From Octopus sinensis (Eukaryota), in contig NW_021836837.1 of NCBI RefSeq assembly GCF_006345805.1, positions 1 through 37,119 of the forward strand: DNA of 37,119 nucleotides. Reading direction: 5' to 3'. The stretch's first letter is position 1, and each line of letters opens with the position of its first letter. A program made the translations under genes and the position numbers. The notes under the pieces are model-generated. The model had not been told where the DNA came from and made no database searches. It saw nothing but the letters and a program-made list of their open reading frames with translations. Below, one piece after another: positions 11,164-22,754 of this stretch.

Positions 11164-11590
11164 TTGTATTTAGGAATGATCATGTTGCCAGTTTAGCCAA
11201 TAAAAACACACGCACTATATATTTGGTGTTAATTTACTTCAGCTTTATTTTTTACATTAATCTTAATCTTATTTCTGCCAGAGTTCTTTCATCACACTCC
11301 TGTGACCCCATCAGTGGTCCTTTACTTTCTTCTTTCTTATTTGTGTGGGGAGACACAAATAAGAAAGGAGAAAGCCAAGGACCACTGATGAGGTCACAGG
11401 AGTGGGACGAAAGAACTCTGGCCGAAATAAGATTAATGTAAAAAAAAATAGATAATGCTGAAGCAAAGTAACACCAAATATATAGTGTGTGTGTGTGTTT
11501 TTATTGACTAAACTGGCAACATGTCCACCCTAAATACAACAATATCTGTTTCAACACACGATTTCACATCAAGAATCTTGCAAAACAAAT
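11164..11590. mobile_element. Penelope-like element terminal repeat in inverted (head-to-head) duplication
   Basis: Arms 11164-11346 and 11353-11539 are imperfect reverse complements around a 6-nt loop. Each arm carries a minimal hammerhead motif. Inverted pLTRs with hammerheads are a known PLE hallmark. Confidence 0.75.
11379..11423 (+). ncRNA. Minimal type I hammerhead ribozyme motif
   Basis: gacca-CTGATGA-g-gtcaca(ggag)tgggac-GAAA-gaac-TC-tggcc. An antisense copy lies at 11277-11320 with core CTGATGG. Confidence 0.7.
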
Positions 11591-11641
11591 ATATAAACAT
11601 ATCTTATATTCAATATGCACAAACTACATATCATATACATA

Positions 11642-11780
11642 CAATAGGATTCTTTCAGTTTCCTTCTACCAAATCCACTCATATGATATTGGTCGGTCCA
11701 GGGCTGTGGCAGAAGACACTTGCCCAGGGTGCCATGCAGTGGGATTGAGCCCAAGAGCTCATGGGTTGTGAATCAAACTA
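11642..11780 (-). mobile_element. SINE family A, 5' half
   Basis: Aligns with 10680-10820. Confidence 0.75.
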
Positions 11781-13575
11781 TATTTTTGTTAATGTTTGGC
11801 TCAAATTTGTCTGTGGTTCAACAGTTGCATTGATCAAAGACTTCGCAGCTCTGACCATTCTATCTTTTATTGACATGCATTGTCCCTATTACTACACTAG
11901 ATTATCTAATGTATACTTCCTCGTTTCTTAAGATGGTGTCTTGGTTCAAGAAAATTTTAGCTATTTTTTTTTTATGCAGTAGGTGACGAAACCACTTAGT
12001 TTGGCTTGTTGACTCATGTATGAGTAGTTGTTTTACAAATGGAAATATAATGAATACACATTTGTATGTTGTGTCATAAGTGTATATAACTAATATCTAT
12101 ATTGTATAGTTATGTTTGTATATATATATTTGTGTGTGTGTGTGTGTGCACATACTGACACAGTTGTACAATCACACACTTATATGCAAATGAACATATA
12201 TATATATACATACATGCATAGAAATATACTCATGAATGTATATGTGTAAGATATATATATATATATTATATATATATATATATATACACATATATATACT
12301 TGCATACATAGAAATATACTCATGAATGTATATGTGTAAGATATATATATATACATACATACATACACTCATTCATGCATGGACACATGCACACATTGAA
12401 TATGGGTGTATTTTGCGTGTGTGTTTGTGCATGCACACACACACACACATGCACACACACACACACCACACACACACGCATGCACACACACATATGAATT
12501 TCCATATTTACTCATCTGCCCAGCTTGTAAAATAATGGCATGTGTTGATCTTGCTATGCCAGTTTTTTTTTCCTGGGAACCAAACTTCTCTCTGCCCCTC
12601 TCTCTCTCTCTCCCTCCCTTCTCTCCCTTTCCGTCCACATCTCTATTTCTCCTCACCCCCTCTCTGAATTTGTGTCTTTTTCTCTTTTTCTCTTTCTTTT
12701 CTTTTCAAATTCCATTCCAAATTTGCATTTGACACAGACTTGAAAAGAATAGGCATACAGTTATACTTCATGCCCTTTATCGCAATTTGGAATAGATTAG
12801 AAACTTCAATTGCTGTGAATGCTAAAATGTGTTTTGACTTGAGACAAATAGTTAAAATAACATTTAACCTCTAGTATCAATATTTCAAATGACATGCATA
12901 ACAGCATCAGCAACAAAGGAAAGGAAGAACCAAAAAAAAAAAAAATGTTATAATACGAAGACAATCCATATGCAAAAAAAAAAACAAAAAAAAAAAACGG
13001 GCAACCTAATTTTCTTTCTCTTCTTTTCTAAAAGTAATATTTTTTTTCCCATGATGCTTTGTTTGGGTTTCTGAAAAATGAGACTATTTCCTTTTTAATA
13101 TTTTTAAAAACATGAAACAGCAATAAATATACGAATAAATAAACCAAAAAAAAAATATGGTTATGTCAAGTTTGAAGTATTTTTATGTTATTTCATGTCG
13201 ACATCTATAGCTTTTCCCTATAAATTATTATTGTCAGTGTGTTGGATGGAACGGCTAGTGGCATTTAATTTTTAGCCTTCTACATTCTGAATTCAAATCC
13301 TGCTAAGATTAGCGTTGCTTTCCATACTTTCAAGCTTAGAGAAAGAAACTGTCAAAGTAGCTGTCAAAAATACTTAGAATTCGGTCTCTCGTGAATTCTA
13401 GGACTCATAAAGCTGGAACTTAATCTGGTTTCCATGACATGTAAGTGACTGAGATTACAATACTCTTCAAACACCCTGAAGGGGGACACCTGTCTGTCAC
13501 GGTTAACTTCCCCAGCTAGTGATGGAACTCCTCTACAAATGAGTATACATGAGTATACATGCATAAGATGAGTAT

Positions 13576-14061
13576 ACATGCATAAGATCTGGTCATCAAA
13601 TCTAAGTAGAGACTTCAAACTTGAAATATTCAAAGCCACAGTCGAACCAATTCTACTATATGGCTCAGAAACCTGGACGTTATCAAAGAAGCTTGAGAGG
13701 TGGTTGGATGGAACCTACACTCGCCTCCTTATGAAAGCTGAAAATCTCTCGTGGAAGCGCCATCCAACCAAAGTACAAATATATGGGAAATTACCACCTG
13801 TGTCATCTCTTGTGAAAGGTAGGAGAGTCCAGTTTGCTGGACATTGTTGTAGAGCTGAAAAAGAAGTAATTTCTACTCTTCTCCTCTGGAAGCCATCTAC
13901 TCGCAATACCAGAGGGCGCACACTCTCCTACCCTGATGTAATCTCCAGGGATACAGGCATCCAGCAACAGGACCTCCGTAATGCCATGATGGACCGTGAA
14001 GTCTGGCGTAGCATGGTAAATTCCATTGTCTCGACCACGGTCGAACAATGATGATGATGAT
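13576..14061 (+). mobile_element. 5'-truncated RTE-clade LINE (ORF C-terminus and TGA-repeat tail)
   Basis: ORF 13578-14051 carries RTE hallmarks (ILLYGSETWTL, RRVQFAGHC, AMMDREVWR). It ends directly in a (TGA)n tail. Confidence 0.9.
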
Positions 14062-14149
14062 ACTGGAACACAATAAGCCATCCAGTCCAGGAATCAGTCA
14101 TGATCTTACATCATGAACGCAACGCCCTAAACAATGGACCATCTATCTT

Positions 14150-14355
14150 CATCAGTTAAGTACTGGGGGTTGACTTAATTGGTTAATTCCTCTTCCTTTG
14201 TGTCTAAATTTGCAACTTTACCTTTCATCTTTTTGGGGTCTATAAATTAAGTACCAGCTGAGTACTGGGGTTGATATAATAGTCTAGCCCCTTCCCCCAA
14301 AATTTCAGGCCTTGTGCTTATAGTAGAAAGGATTATTATTATTATTATTATTATT
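14150..14355 (+). mobile_element. SINE family B 3' parts
   Basis: cctttcatctttttggggtctataaattaagtaccag...gccttgtgcttatagtagaaagg followed by (ATT)n. Confidence 0.7.
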
Positions 14356-14783
14356 ATTACTACTGATGGCAGTGCCCATAAGTTTCACAGCCATTTTGTA
14401 AATAAGATGGTTGGAAATTAATAGAGAACTATGAAATATGTAATTTCATTTGAAATTATGTTTTGTTTGAAGCATTTGATTCACGTAAGTTGCATTAAAT
14501 GTAAAGTCCTTGAGGGACTTCTTAAAAAAGCTATAGCCCTTGTTATCTCTTTTACCTTCAGAATTATCTATTATTTTTCATTTTATATCAAAAAGTAAAT
14601 GCTTCTAAGTAAAAAATGAAATCAAAAACAAATCCATGTATAGTATTATTCTTCGACTGTACAATTATGTTGGTAAATCTTCAGTAAATCTTGATAAGCT
14701 GTATATCATCATTAATTTCATGTCATATGACTAGATTCGAACCCCAAATTTCTAAGAGCAAAGTATAGTTGTTGCCTTGCTGA

Positions 14784-15250
14784 ATCATCATCATATGTCC
14801 ATTTTCCATGCTGGCATGGGTTGGACGGTTTGACTGAAAACTGGTAAGCTGCACCAGGTTGCAATCTGACTTGGCATGGTTTCTACAGTTGGGTGCTCTT
14901 TTGAACACCAACCACTCCAAGAGTGTAATGGGTGATTTTTTTTTTACATGCCACCAGCATGGGTACCAGTTAAATAACACAGGCACCTATGATATCACCT
15001 TCCTTGTCAACTATGATCTCACCTGCCTTGTCAATTATGATCTCACCTGCCTTGACAGGTCTTCTCAAGCACTGTATAACGTCAAAGGTCTCAGTCACTT
15101 GTCATTGCCTCCATGCGGCCCAGTATTTGAAGGGTGCTTTTTATGTGTCACTGGCACAGGTGCCAGTTATGCAACACTGGGGCATTGATGGGTCTTCTCA
15201 AGCATGGCATATTGCCAAAGGTCTTGGTCACTCGTCTCTGTGAAGGCCAG
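14784..15250 (-). mobile_element. SINE family C, diverged or extended
   Basis: catcatcatatgtccattttccatgctggcatgggttggacgg...accaaccactccaagagtgta. Confidence 0.75.
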
Positions 15251-15582
15251 GATTGTAAAATAAAATATCAGTAACATATGGGTTGGCATGGCTATTATGG
15301 TTGAAAAATTTGCTTTGTAAGCATATGGTTTCTTGGTTTAGTCTTATCATATGATTCCTTGACAAATCTCTTTTACTCCAGCTGCTTGTGGATAAATGCT
15401 TCAAGTAAAATTTTGGAGACAAAAATGTATCAAAGTACATTGTGTGTGTGTGTGTTTGTGTGTGTAAGATAAGTTCAAAATAATTTCAAACAGAGAGAAA
15501 GAGAGAGAAATTGAAGAGGATTAAGAATGAGATAACCAAAGATACAATGATGCCAAATTACCATACATCTTGGTTATTCTTC

Positions 15583-15992
15583 TTCTTTTGTCTTGTTACG
15601 ACGTTCACCTGGGAAGGGTTAAGCCAGCTCCTAATGAGTTCACCATGGTTGTTTCATTGTGAGTTCATAGTAGTTTCACGGGATAACCAGAGTCTGTGTA
15701 AAATGTTCCCCTTTGTATTCATAAGCCGCCATACATGGCCGGTGGCAAGTTGTCCTGAAGTTATGTCTTCTTGCTGCAGGATGCTCGCAGACACAATCTA
15801 ACACCACCAGGAAGCCACCGGATTCCTGAACAAATGTGACCTAGAATTCACTATTACCCTACCACCACTGGTGTCAGACCTGTCCGTCTTGGGTGGCCCT
15901 ACTAAAGGACTTGAAGGTCCCGACAGCATAACTCTGACACTCGTTTAATATTCCCATCCTGACGAGGTCAAGGGTTGGACTTTGAAGAAGGA
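15583..15992 (-). mobile_element. Non-autonomous bipartite RTE-derived retroelement (RTE 5' UTR joined to an RTE-type 3' tail)
   Basis: The minus strand contains agagttatgctgtcggg...gtagggccacccaagacggacaggtc, as I recall from BovB/RTE 5' UTRs, and ends in (GAA)n. A candidate TSD ttattcttc lies at 15574-15582 and 15993-16001. No ORF. Confidence 0.7.
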
Positions 15993-16689
15993 TTATTCTT
16001 CCTTCTCCCTCTCAGCCTTAGTAGTTTAAACCTCCATTCTGCACACTTGCACCCACTTTCTCTTACATGTTCTCTTTCTCTCTCTCTCTCTCTCGCTTCC
16101 TCTTCCTTTTTCACTCTCCACACATTTACTTCTATATGTATTACTTCCCTTAGTGTTGCACAAAAGACAGGTAAGAACTTATTAATACATAGGGCACATT
16201 GATAAGGGCAATGGATCGGCAGAATTGCTCGTTCATTGAAAAGATGTCTTCAGACTTTTGTTGTAGCTTTTTATGTTCTAATTTCAAATATCACTGAAGT
16301 TAACTTTGCCTTTCAATCCTCCAGGGTCCATTGAATATAAGTCCAAGTTGAGTGCTGTTTCAAATAGTGTGAAGGTGTTTGTATTATATTCAATTTATTG
16401 TGTTCTGGAGTTGGTTTTGTTGCTTGTGTCATTTTAGTCTTGCTTTTGTTGTGAACAAACATATTACGTTCGTGTAGAGTAGGTTATGTGTGGGTTGTTA
16501 TAGAAAGGCAAATATGTTTACAATATGTTGCAAGAGTTGTATAGTAGAATGTATGTTGTATGTAGAATATATGTTGTATGTTGTATGTAGAATGTATGTT
16601 GTATGTAGAATGTATACTGGATGTTTTGCTAACATATTAGGATGTGATTGTGTAGAATGTGTTGTGTTGGTTTTGTTATAGTATTAGGA

Positions 16690-17022
16690 GTTAAGTGTGT
16701 AAAGTTTATGTTGTAGAAATTCTGTTATAACATTGGGAGATGTGTGTGTGTGTGTGGAATATGTGTTGTGGGAGTTGTAGTATTGAGAAGTGAGTGTAAA
16801 GTGTATTGTAGTTGTTATAGTATTGGGTGATGTGTGTAGAATGAGTTGTGGGAATTGTAGTATTGAGGCATGTGCATATGTGAAATGTATGTTGTGGGAG
16901 TTGTAGTATTTGGACATGTGCATATGTGAAATGTATGTTGTGGGAGTTGTAGTATTGGGACCTGTGCATATGTGAAATTTATGTTGTGGGAGTTGTAGTA
17001 TTGGGACCTGTGCATATGTGAA
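16690..17022. repeat. 46-bp minisatellite
   Basis: tgtgcatatgtgaa at 16871, 16917, 16963 and 17009, with decayed units upstream. Confidence 0.9.
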
Positions 17023-17097
17023 CTGAACTCACTTCCACATAATTAGCCCAAAGCTCTAAAACCACTGAGTCATATGCCTTCACTTACATACACACAT

Positions 17098-17226
17098 AAC
17101 AGGCTTCTTTCAATCTCCATTTCCTAAATCTAGTCATGAGGCTATAGTAGAAGGTTCTCACCCAAGGTGCCATGCAGTGGGACTGAACCTGGAACCGTGT
17201 AGTTGGGAAGCAACCACACAACCACA
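17098..17226 (-). mobile_element. SINE family A, 5' half
   Basis: cccaaggtgccatgcagtgggactgaacctggaacc matches the family head. Confidence 0.75.
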
Positions 17227-17802
17227 ATTTTTTTTTTTTATGCTTTTGTGATCCTACAATTTAATCTGACCCCCTACCACTCAGACATGTATCAGAAGAT
17301 GCATTCTTGATTGAATGTATTTATGTACAATGTCGGGGGCAAAGAATGCAAGGAGTCTGCTGTAGTTGACAATAGATGAAAGGGATGAAGGAGAAAACAT
17401 TACACAATCAGTGCTGGTTCAAAGGCTTTGAGTTGTGGCTAAAACAAAAACATGCACTGTTGATTTAAATCTTCTACATCAAAGAATCCCAACATATTCT
17501 CTGCCATTTACCCTCATAACTTCGTGTGTATTACCTTTTTACTCTCAGGTCAAGATATACACAAGTGAATGTGGGAACAATTTCATTAAGGTTTCTCTTC
17601 AGAGAAACAAACTTTGCTAAATGGGGAAGTGAATAGATACGAAAATCTTATGATAAATTTAACAAATGGACAAATATGCACGTACACATAAACACATATG
17701 CTTCAGATAAATTTATGGTAAATTTGTGTGTGTGTGTGTAAGTATGTATATTAGTGATGGTGGCAGTATTAATACCAGGTGTAATATTTATCCTAATTTA
17801 AA

Positions 17803-18150
17803 TCATCATCATCCTTTAACGTCTGCTTTCCATGCTGGCATGGGTTGGACGATTTGACTGAGGACTGGCAAACCAGATGGCTGTGCCAGGCTCCAATCTT
17901 GATCTAGCAGAGTTTCTACAGCTGGATGCCCTTCTTAATGCCAACCACTCCGAGAGTGTAGTGGGTGCTTTTACGTGCTACCTGCACGAGGGCCAGTCTG
18001 GCGGTACTGGCAACGGCCACGCTCGAAATGGTGTTTTTTATGTGCCACCTGCACAAGAGTAATTCCAGTGGCACTGGCAATGACCTCGCTCAAATGTTTT
18101 GTTCACGTGCCAGTAAGGCGATGCTGGTAACGATCACGCTCAAATGGTGC
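17803..18150 (-). mobile_element. SINE family C (RTE-type TGA tail)
   Basis: catcatcatc..aacgtctgctttccatgctggcatgggttggacg...ctggatgcccttcttaatgccaaccactcc, with internal tandem units. Confidence 0.8.
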
Positions 18151-18179
18151 TTTTTTTAAATGTACATCATTTCATTTAT

Positions 18180-18536
18180 CATCATTTCATCATCGTTTAA
18201 CGTCCATTTTCTGCACTAGCACGGGTTGGACGGTTCGACCGGGGTCTGGGAAGCCAGGAGGCTGCACCAGGCTCCAGTCTGATCTGGTAGAGTTTCTACA
18301 GCTGGATGCCCTTCCTAACGCCAACCACTCCGCGAGTGTAGTGGGTGCTTTTTACGTGCCACCCGCACAGGTGCCGGGGGGGGGGGAGTCCGGCATCATC
18401 CACGATCGGTTGGAGCTTTTAACGTGCCAGCGGCACGGAAGCCAGCCAAGGCGGCGCTGGCAACGGCCACGTTCGAATGGTGCTTTTTATGTGCCACTGG
18501 CACAGAAGCCAGTCGGGGCGGCGCTGGCATCGTCCA

Positions 18537-18537
<1 letters not shown>
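18180..18537 (-). mobile_element. SINE family C, CpG-rich (younger) copy
   Basis: Collinear with 17803-18150. It has three ~63-bp internal units containing gtgctttt(t)a(c/t)gtgcca. Confidence 0.82.
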
Positions 18538-18615
<78 letters not shown>

Positions 18616-19299
18616 TATATGTGTGTTTTGGTGTGTGTATTTTATTAACAATTGGCAGAAATTATAGAGTGACTCAAGGACGGAATATTTTATGCATTGG
18701 CACTTATGAACTGACTGTGTGTGAGGGTGTTTGTTCTTCAGTTAAATTTGATAGATTTTATGTGTGTGTGTGTGTGTGTGTGTGTAAAGCAGAATATATT
18801 TGTATCTAAGAAATATAATTTTAGATTGAGACTGAACAAACATTAAATACCAAAGCTTGTATAAGTAAAAGAGCCTAAGTTTAAAAATAAGTCCTTTTTC
18901 TTCTTGTGTTTTTGACAAGATGATCAAAACACGAATACCAGAGGCATTATTAATAGAGGTTCTGCTGATTCATAGCTGACTTGTTTATTTGTAGGAGTTG
19001 TTATTGATGACAATGCTATCTTGATGTCGCCATTGCCTTTCAGGTAGTTCCTTGCCTTTTTTTTCTTCATTGCTATTAAAGTACAGAAACGTGAAGAAGA
19101 ACAACAAGCACAGTGAGTCAGAAGTGGGAATGAATGGGTTTTTTAGTCAGAAGTGAATTGCAACTCTATCAAATTCTTTCATAAGGTTAGCAGAGGACTG
19201 AAGGCCAATTACTTTCTCTTTTGCTGGGTTATCATCTTTTGTACTTGATAGGTCAGTGGGAAAAGGGTTTGAAAAGTAGTAGTTAGTACTGTAAACATT

Positions 19300-19657
19300 T
19301 TGAGGTGATTGTGTGGGAATAAATTTGCTTCCGAATCACTTGGTTTTGGGTTCAGTCCCACTACTTGGTTGGGAAAGTGTCTTCTGCTATAGTTTTGGAC
19401 TGACCAAATCCTTGTGAACGAATTTGATAGAGGAAAATTGAATGAAGCTCTTTGTACATGCATACGTGTGTGTGTGTTTGTCCCCCACCACTGTCAATGT
19501 CCAGTGTTGGTTTGCTTACATCCCCATAACTTAATAGTTTGACAAAAAGAGATCAATACGATAAGTACTGGGGACAATTTGTTTGAATAAACCATTCATG
19601 GCAGTGCTCCAGTATGGTTGTAGCACAATGACTGAAACAAGTAAAAGATAAAAAGAT
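19300..19657 (+). mobile_element. SINE family A, diverged
   Basis: Head gggttcagtcccact and tail gactgaaacaagtaaaagataaaa. Confidence 0.8.
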
Positions 19658-19870
19658 ATGTTGAGATGCCTGCCTTTTTTTATGAAACATGTCAGTAATT
19701 TTTCTGCTGATTTTATCTATGCTTGAAAATTTGGCAAAATTATTTTGATGAATCTTTGAGACTATATTAGTCAGCTTTTCAATGCATCAATCTTTCCACT
19801 TACTTTCTTTTCAACATTTAGCTTACCCGGTCAAAAGTAATGCTTATTTTATCACATTGTTTTGATTTAA

Positions 19871-20086
19871 CCCTTTCGTTACTATATTTATTTTGAGATG
19901 CTCTGTGTTTCTTTCAGTTACTGTAAATATAAACAAAGAATTTAGTAAAATAACTTAGTTATCATTAAGCTAGTATTAGGAACAAATTGTGACTAAGGTT
20001 TGGAAGATTTTAATTCAAAACTTATGAAAACAAGACATTTGTACTCAGAGGCAGAGCCGGTTTCAGCCAGGTTGGCAATGAAAGGG
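19871..20086. mobile_element. piggyBac-type MITE (family B, copy 1)
   Basis: TTAA-CCCTTTCGTTAC...GCAATGAAAGGG-TTAA. Confidence 0.85.
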
Positions 20087-20113
20087 TTAAGCATTCTCTA
20101 TTATATATTTTAA

Positions 20114-20320
20114 CCCTTTTGTTACCATATTTCTGTTGAGTTCTGTGTTTCTTTCAATTACTTTAAATATAACAAAGAATTTAGTAAAATAACTTAGTTA
20201 TCATTCAGCTAGTGTTAGGAATATAAATTGTGACTAAGGTTTGGTGGAAGATTTTAATTCAGAACTTTTGAAAACAAGACATTTGTACTGAGAGCCAGTG
20301 CCGGGTTGGTAACGAAAGGG
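20114..20320. mobile_element. piggyBac-type MITE (family B, copy 2)
   Basis: TTAA-CCCTTTTGTTACC...GGTAACGAAAGGG-TTAA. The internal sequence is nearly identical to copy 1. Confidence 0.85.
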
Positions 20321-20634
20321 TTAATCATGCATTATCTTGTAGCTTTGAAATTCCATTGATGTGAGTGTTTATTTTTAGAATGATATTGTAGGGTAGGTAT
20401 GAGAGGCTGGATCTGGCTAGTTTGAACATAAGACAGGTAGAGTAGTTGGGCCTGATATGGCCTGTTTAACCCTGTAGCATTCAAATTACTCTGTCAAATG
20501 TAAAGCTTATTTATTCACACTGCTTTCATTTAATCATTATCTCACAGCTTTGGGGATTTTGATGTGATTATTCATGTTGAGCATACAACACAATCATCTT
20601 TTTTGTATTGAGAAACTAGCAAGAAATGATAGAT

Positions 20635-20800
20635 CGCTAGCCACTACACATTATTTATTTTCTCTCCTTGTTTCTTTGTGTGTTCCTTTCTGTGGAAGAG
20701 CATAGGCTCGAAACGTTAAAGACTTTTTGACTTCCCGAGCGTTATACTATACATCTGTTTGTTCACACCACCTGTCTTCGTCTTTGATTTTTTGTGAATT
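20635..20800 (+). repeat. PLE-terminal-repeat-like family (copy 3)
   Basis: cttt-CTGTGGA-a-gagc(atag)gctc-GAAA-cg-TT-aaag. Collinear with copies 1 and 2. Confidence 0.65.
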
Positions 20801-20802
20801 TG

Positions 20803-20839
<37 letters not shown>

Positions 20840-20869
20840 GCTCTCTCTCTCTCTATATATATATCTATC

Positions 20870-20900
<31 letters not shown>

Positions 20901-21318
20901 CACACACCACACATATTTACATTCATATATATATATATATATATACACACACACCACCATATTTACATTCATATATATATACATACACACACACACCACA
21001 CTTATATTTACATTCATATATATATATATATATACACACACACCACACTTATATTTACATTCATATATATATATATATATAACATACACACACACACCAC
21101 ACTTATATTTACATTCATATATATATAATATATATACATACATACACACACACACCACACTTATATTTACATTCATATATATATATATACACACACACAC
21201 ACCACACTTATATTTACATTCATATATATATATACATACACACACACCACACTTATATTTACATTTATATATATATATATATATATATAATAATATAATA
21301 TATATATATTATATAATT
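20803..21318. repeat. Compound minisatellite, cacaccacacttatatttacattc + (AT)n, ~8 units, preceded by (CT)n
   Basis: Direct inspection. Confidence 0.9.
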
Positions 21319-21442
21319 AGGGTAAATGTTTTTAATTTTCCTTTGATTTCTGAATTACTACTATTTAGCGGTTTGAGTTTAGCTGCTCGTTTTAGTGAGT
21401 TGAATGGCCTATTAAGGCCATTCCTTAATATTATTGTTGTGG

Positions 21443-21473
<31 letters not shown>

Positions 21474-21988
21474 CACACGTATATTTACATACATACATAT
21501 ATATATATATATTTTGGGTTTGGTAGATGAGCCCAGCAAAAATTTAGATTCAGATGAATATGGTACTTAAGTTGAGGTGCCAGAATTTAGTATGGTATTA
21601 TCCATACAATTTCAAAGTAAGGTGATTAAAATCAATATAAGCAACAAAGATATCCAGAGGTAATGCAGTACGATCGTTTCATGCAACTCTATTTAATTGA
21701 ACAATGCAATCATTACATCAGTTTAAAATGTAGAGCAATCTTCAGCTGCACAAATACATAGAATTTAATTAAATTAGAACAGATGGACACATTAGTATAA
21801 ATATACCTAAAATCTCCAAGAAGTTAAGAAGATAGACAAAAGAACATGTTGTCTCTACTTCAGCACAGACGTTACTAAAATTATCAAGAAGACTCTGCCT
21901 ACCACTGATTTTTTTTTTTTTTTTTTTTTTTTGTCTATATGGGCTCAGTTTTAATTTATAAACTATAAAAATCCCTTACATTTTAATC

Positions 21989-21995
<7 letters not shown>
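21318..21995. mobile_element. Penelope-like fragments around the hammerhead
   Basis: Contains the hammerhead and a short inverted pair, taaggtgattaaaa (21618-31) and ttttaatcacctta (21981-94). It is interrupted by (TA)n tracts. Confidence 0.5.
21663..21751 (-). ncRNA. Type I hammerhead ribozyme (PLE-associated) with long stem II
   Basis: Minus strand: GTGCAG-CTGAAGA-ttgctcta..39 nt..tagagttgcat-GAAA-C(GATC)G-TA-CTGCAT. Stem I is 6 bp (one G-U), the core is intact, the cleavage triplet is GUA, and loop III is palindromic. Confidence 0.8.
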
Positions 21996-22026
<31 letters not shown>

Positions 22027-22126
22027 GTTGTATCGGAACATGTGTAGTGTTTATTTACTGTCTAAACATTGCGTCTCAGAGGGTAATTTCCAGGTGCAAT
22101 CCTATAGTCATTCATGACCGAAGGGG

Positions 22127-22168
<42 letters not shown>

Positions 22169-22473
22169 TAGTTTTAGCTTGGGAGTTGAGGTCATGCTAG
22201 GGCACCACCAGTGAATGAGCGCCTTTTTAAAAAATTTTTTTTATAAGAAAAATTTTGAATGAAAATATGATCTTTTTTATTAAATAAAGCGGAATTAAGA
22301 AGTGGTGGCTATGAAAACCAGTTCATCTGTGTTCTACATGAATGAAGGGAGTGGTTTGCTTATGTCCCACCTACCTCCTCCCAGTTTATGCCTCTCTCTT
22401 GCGTAATTATTGTAAAATGAGCCCAACCAAGTTTAGAGGTCAATTCCAAAACTGACACCTTAATTTCCAAGTT

Positions 22474-22508
<35 letters not shown>

Positions 22509-22754
22509 CATTTAATATACACAATTACAAAAGAGCTACTGATAGTTTCATACTTCAAGATACACTCCCCAGGGGGTTAGTCTTTATTCCTGGTTGAAAA
22601 TCATTCTTCTGTGTAGTTCAACATGTGTGTATGTGTGTGTGTGTGTGTGTGTGTTGTTTGGTGGATACAACATTGAAGGTGTGTGTTTCATGTTTGCAAG
22701 ATCCGCGTAAGTACTCAAGGAGGAAAAAAAAAAAAAAAATTCACCCCCACCACC

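Larger units (their letters stand above)
19820..20575. mobile_element. Family A piggyBac MITE pieces surrounding the two family B copies
   Basis: 19830-19870 and 20321-20469 align with the two halves of 8775-8993. A further family A start (TTAA-CCCTGTAGCATTC) begins at 20470. Confidence 0.7.

Noticed and set aside
15975-16202. ORF ending in HRAH, like the AMDHD2 motif IAHRAHP
   Set aside because: The surrounding residues do not match, a stop follows immediately, and there is no fitting exon structure.
17549-17590. Acceptor-like tttttactctcAG with a downstream AG/GT as a small exon
   Set aside because: No frame resembles AMDHD2 and the donor is weak (gtttct).
20727-21570. 258-aa ORF and overlapping ORFs
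   Set aside because: Made of (CT)n, (AT)n and (CA)n minisatellite sequence.
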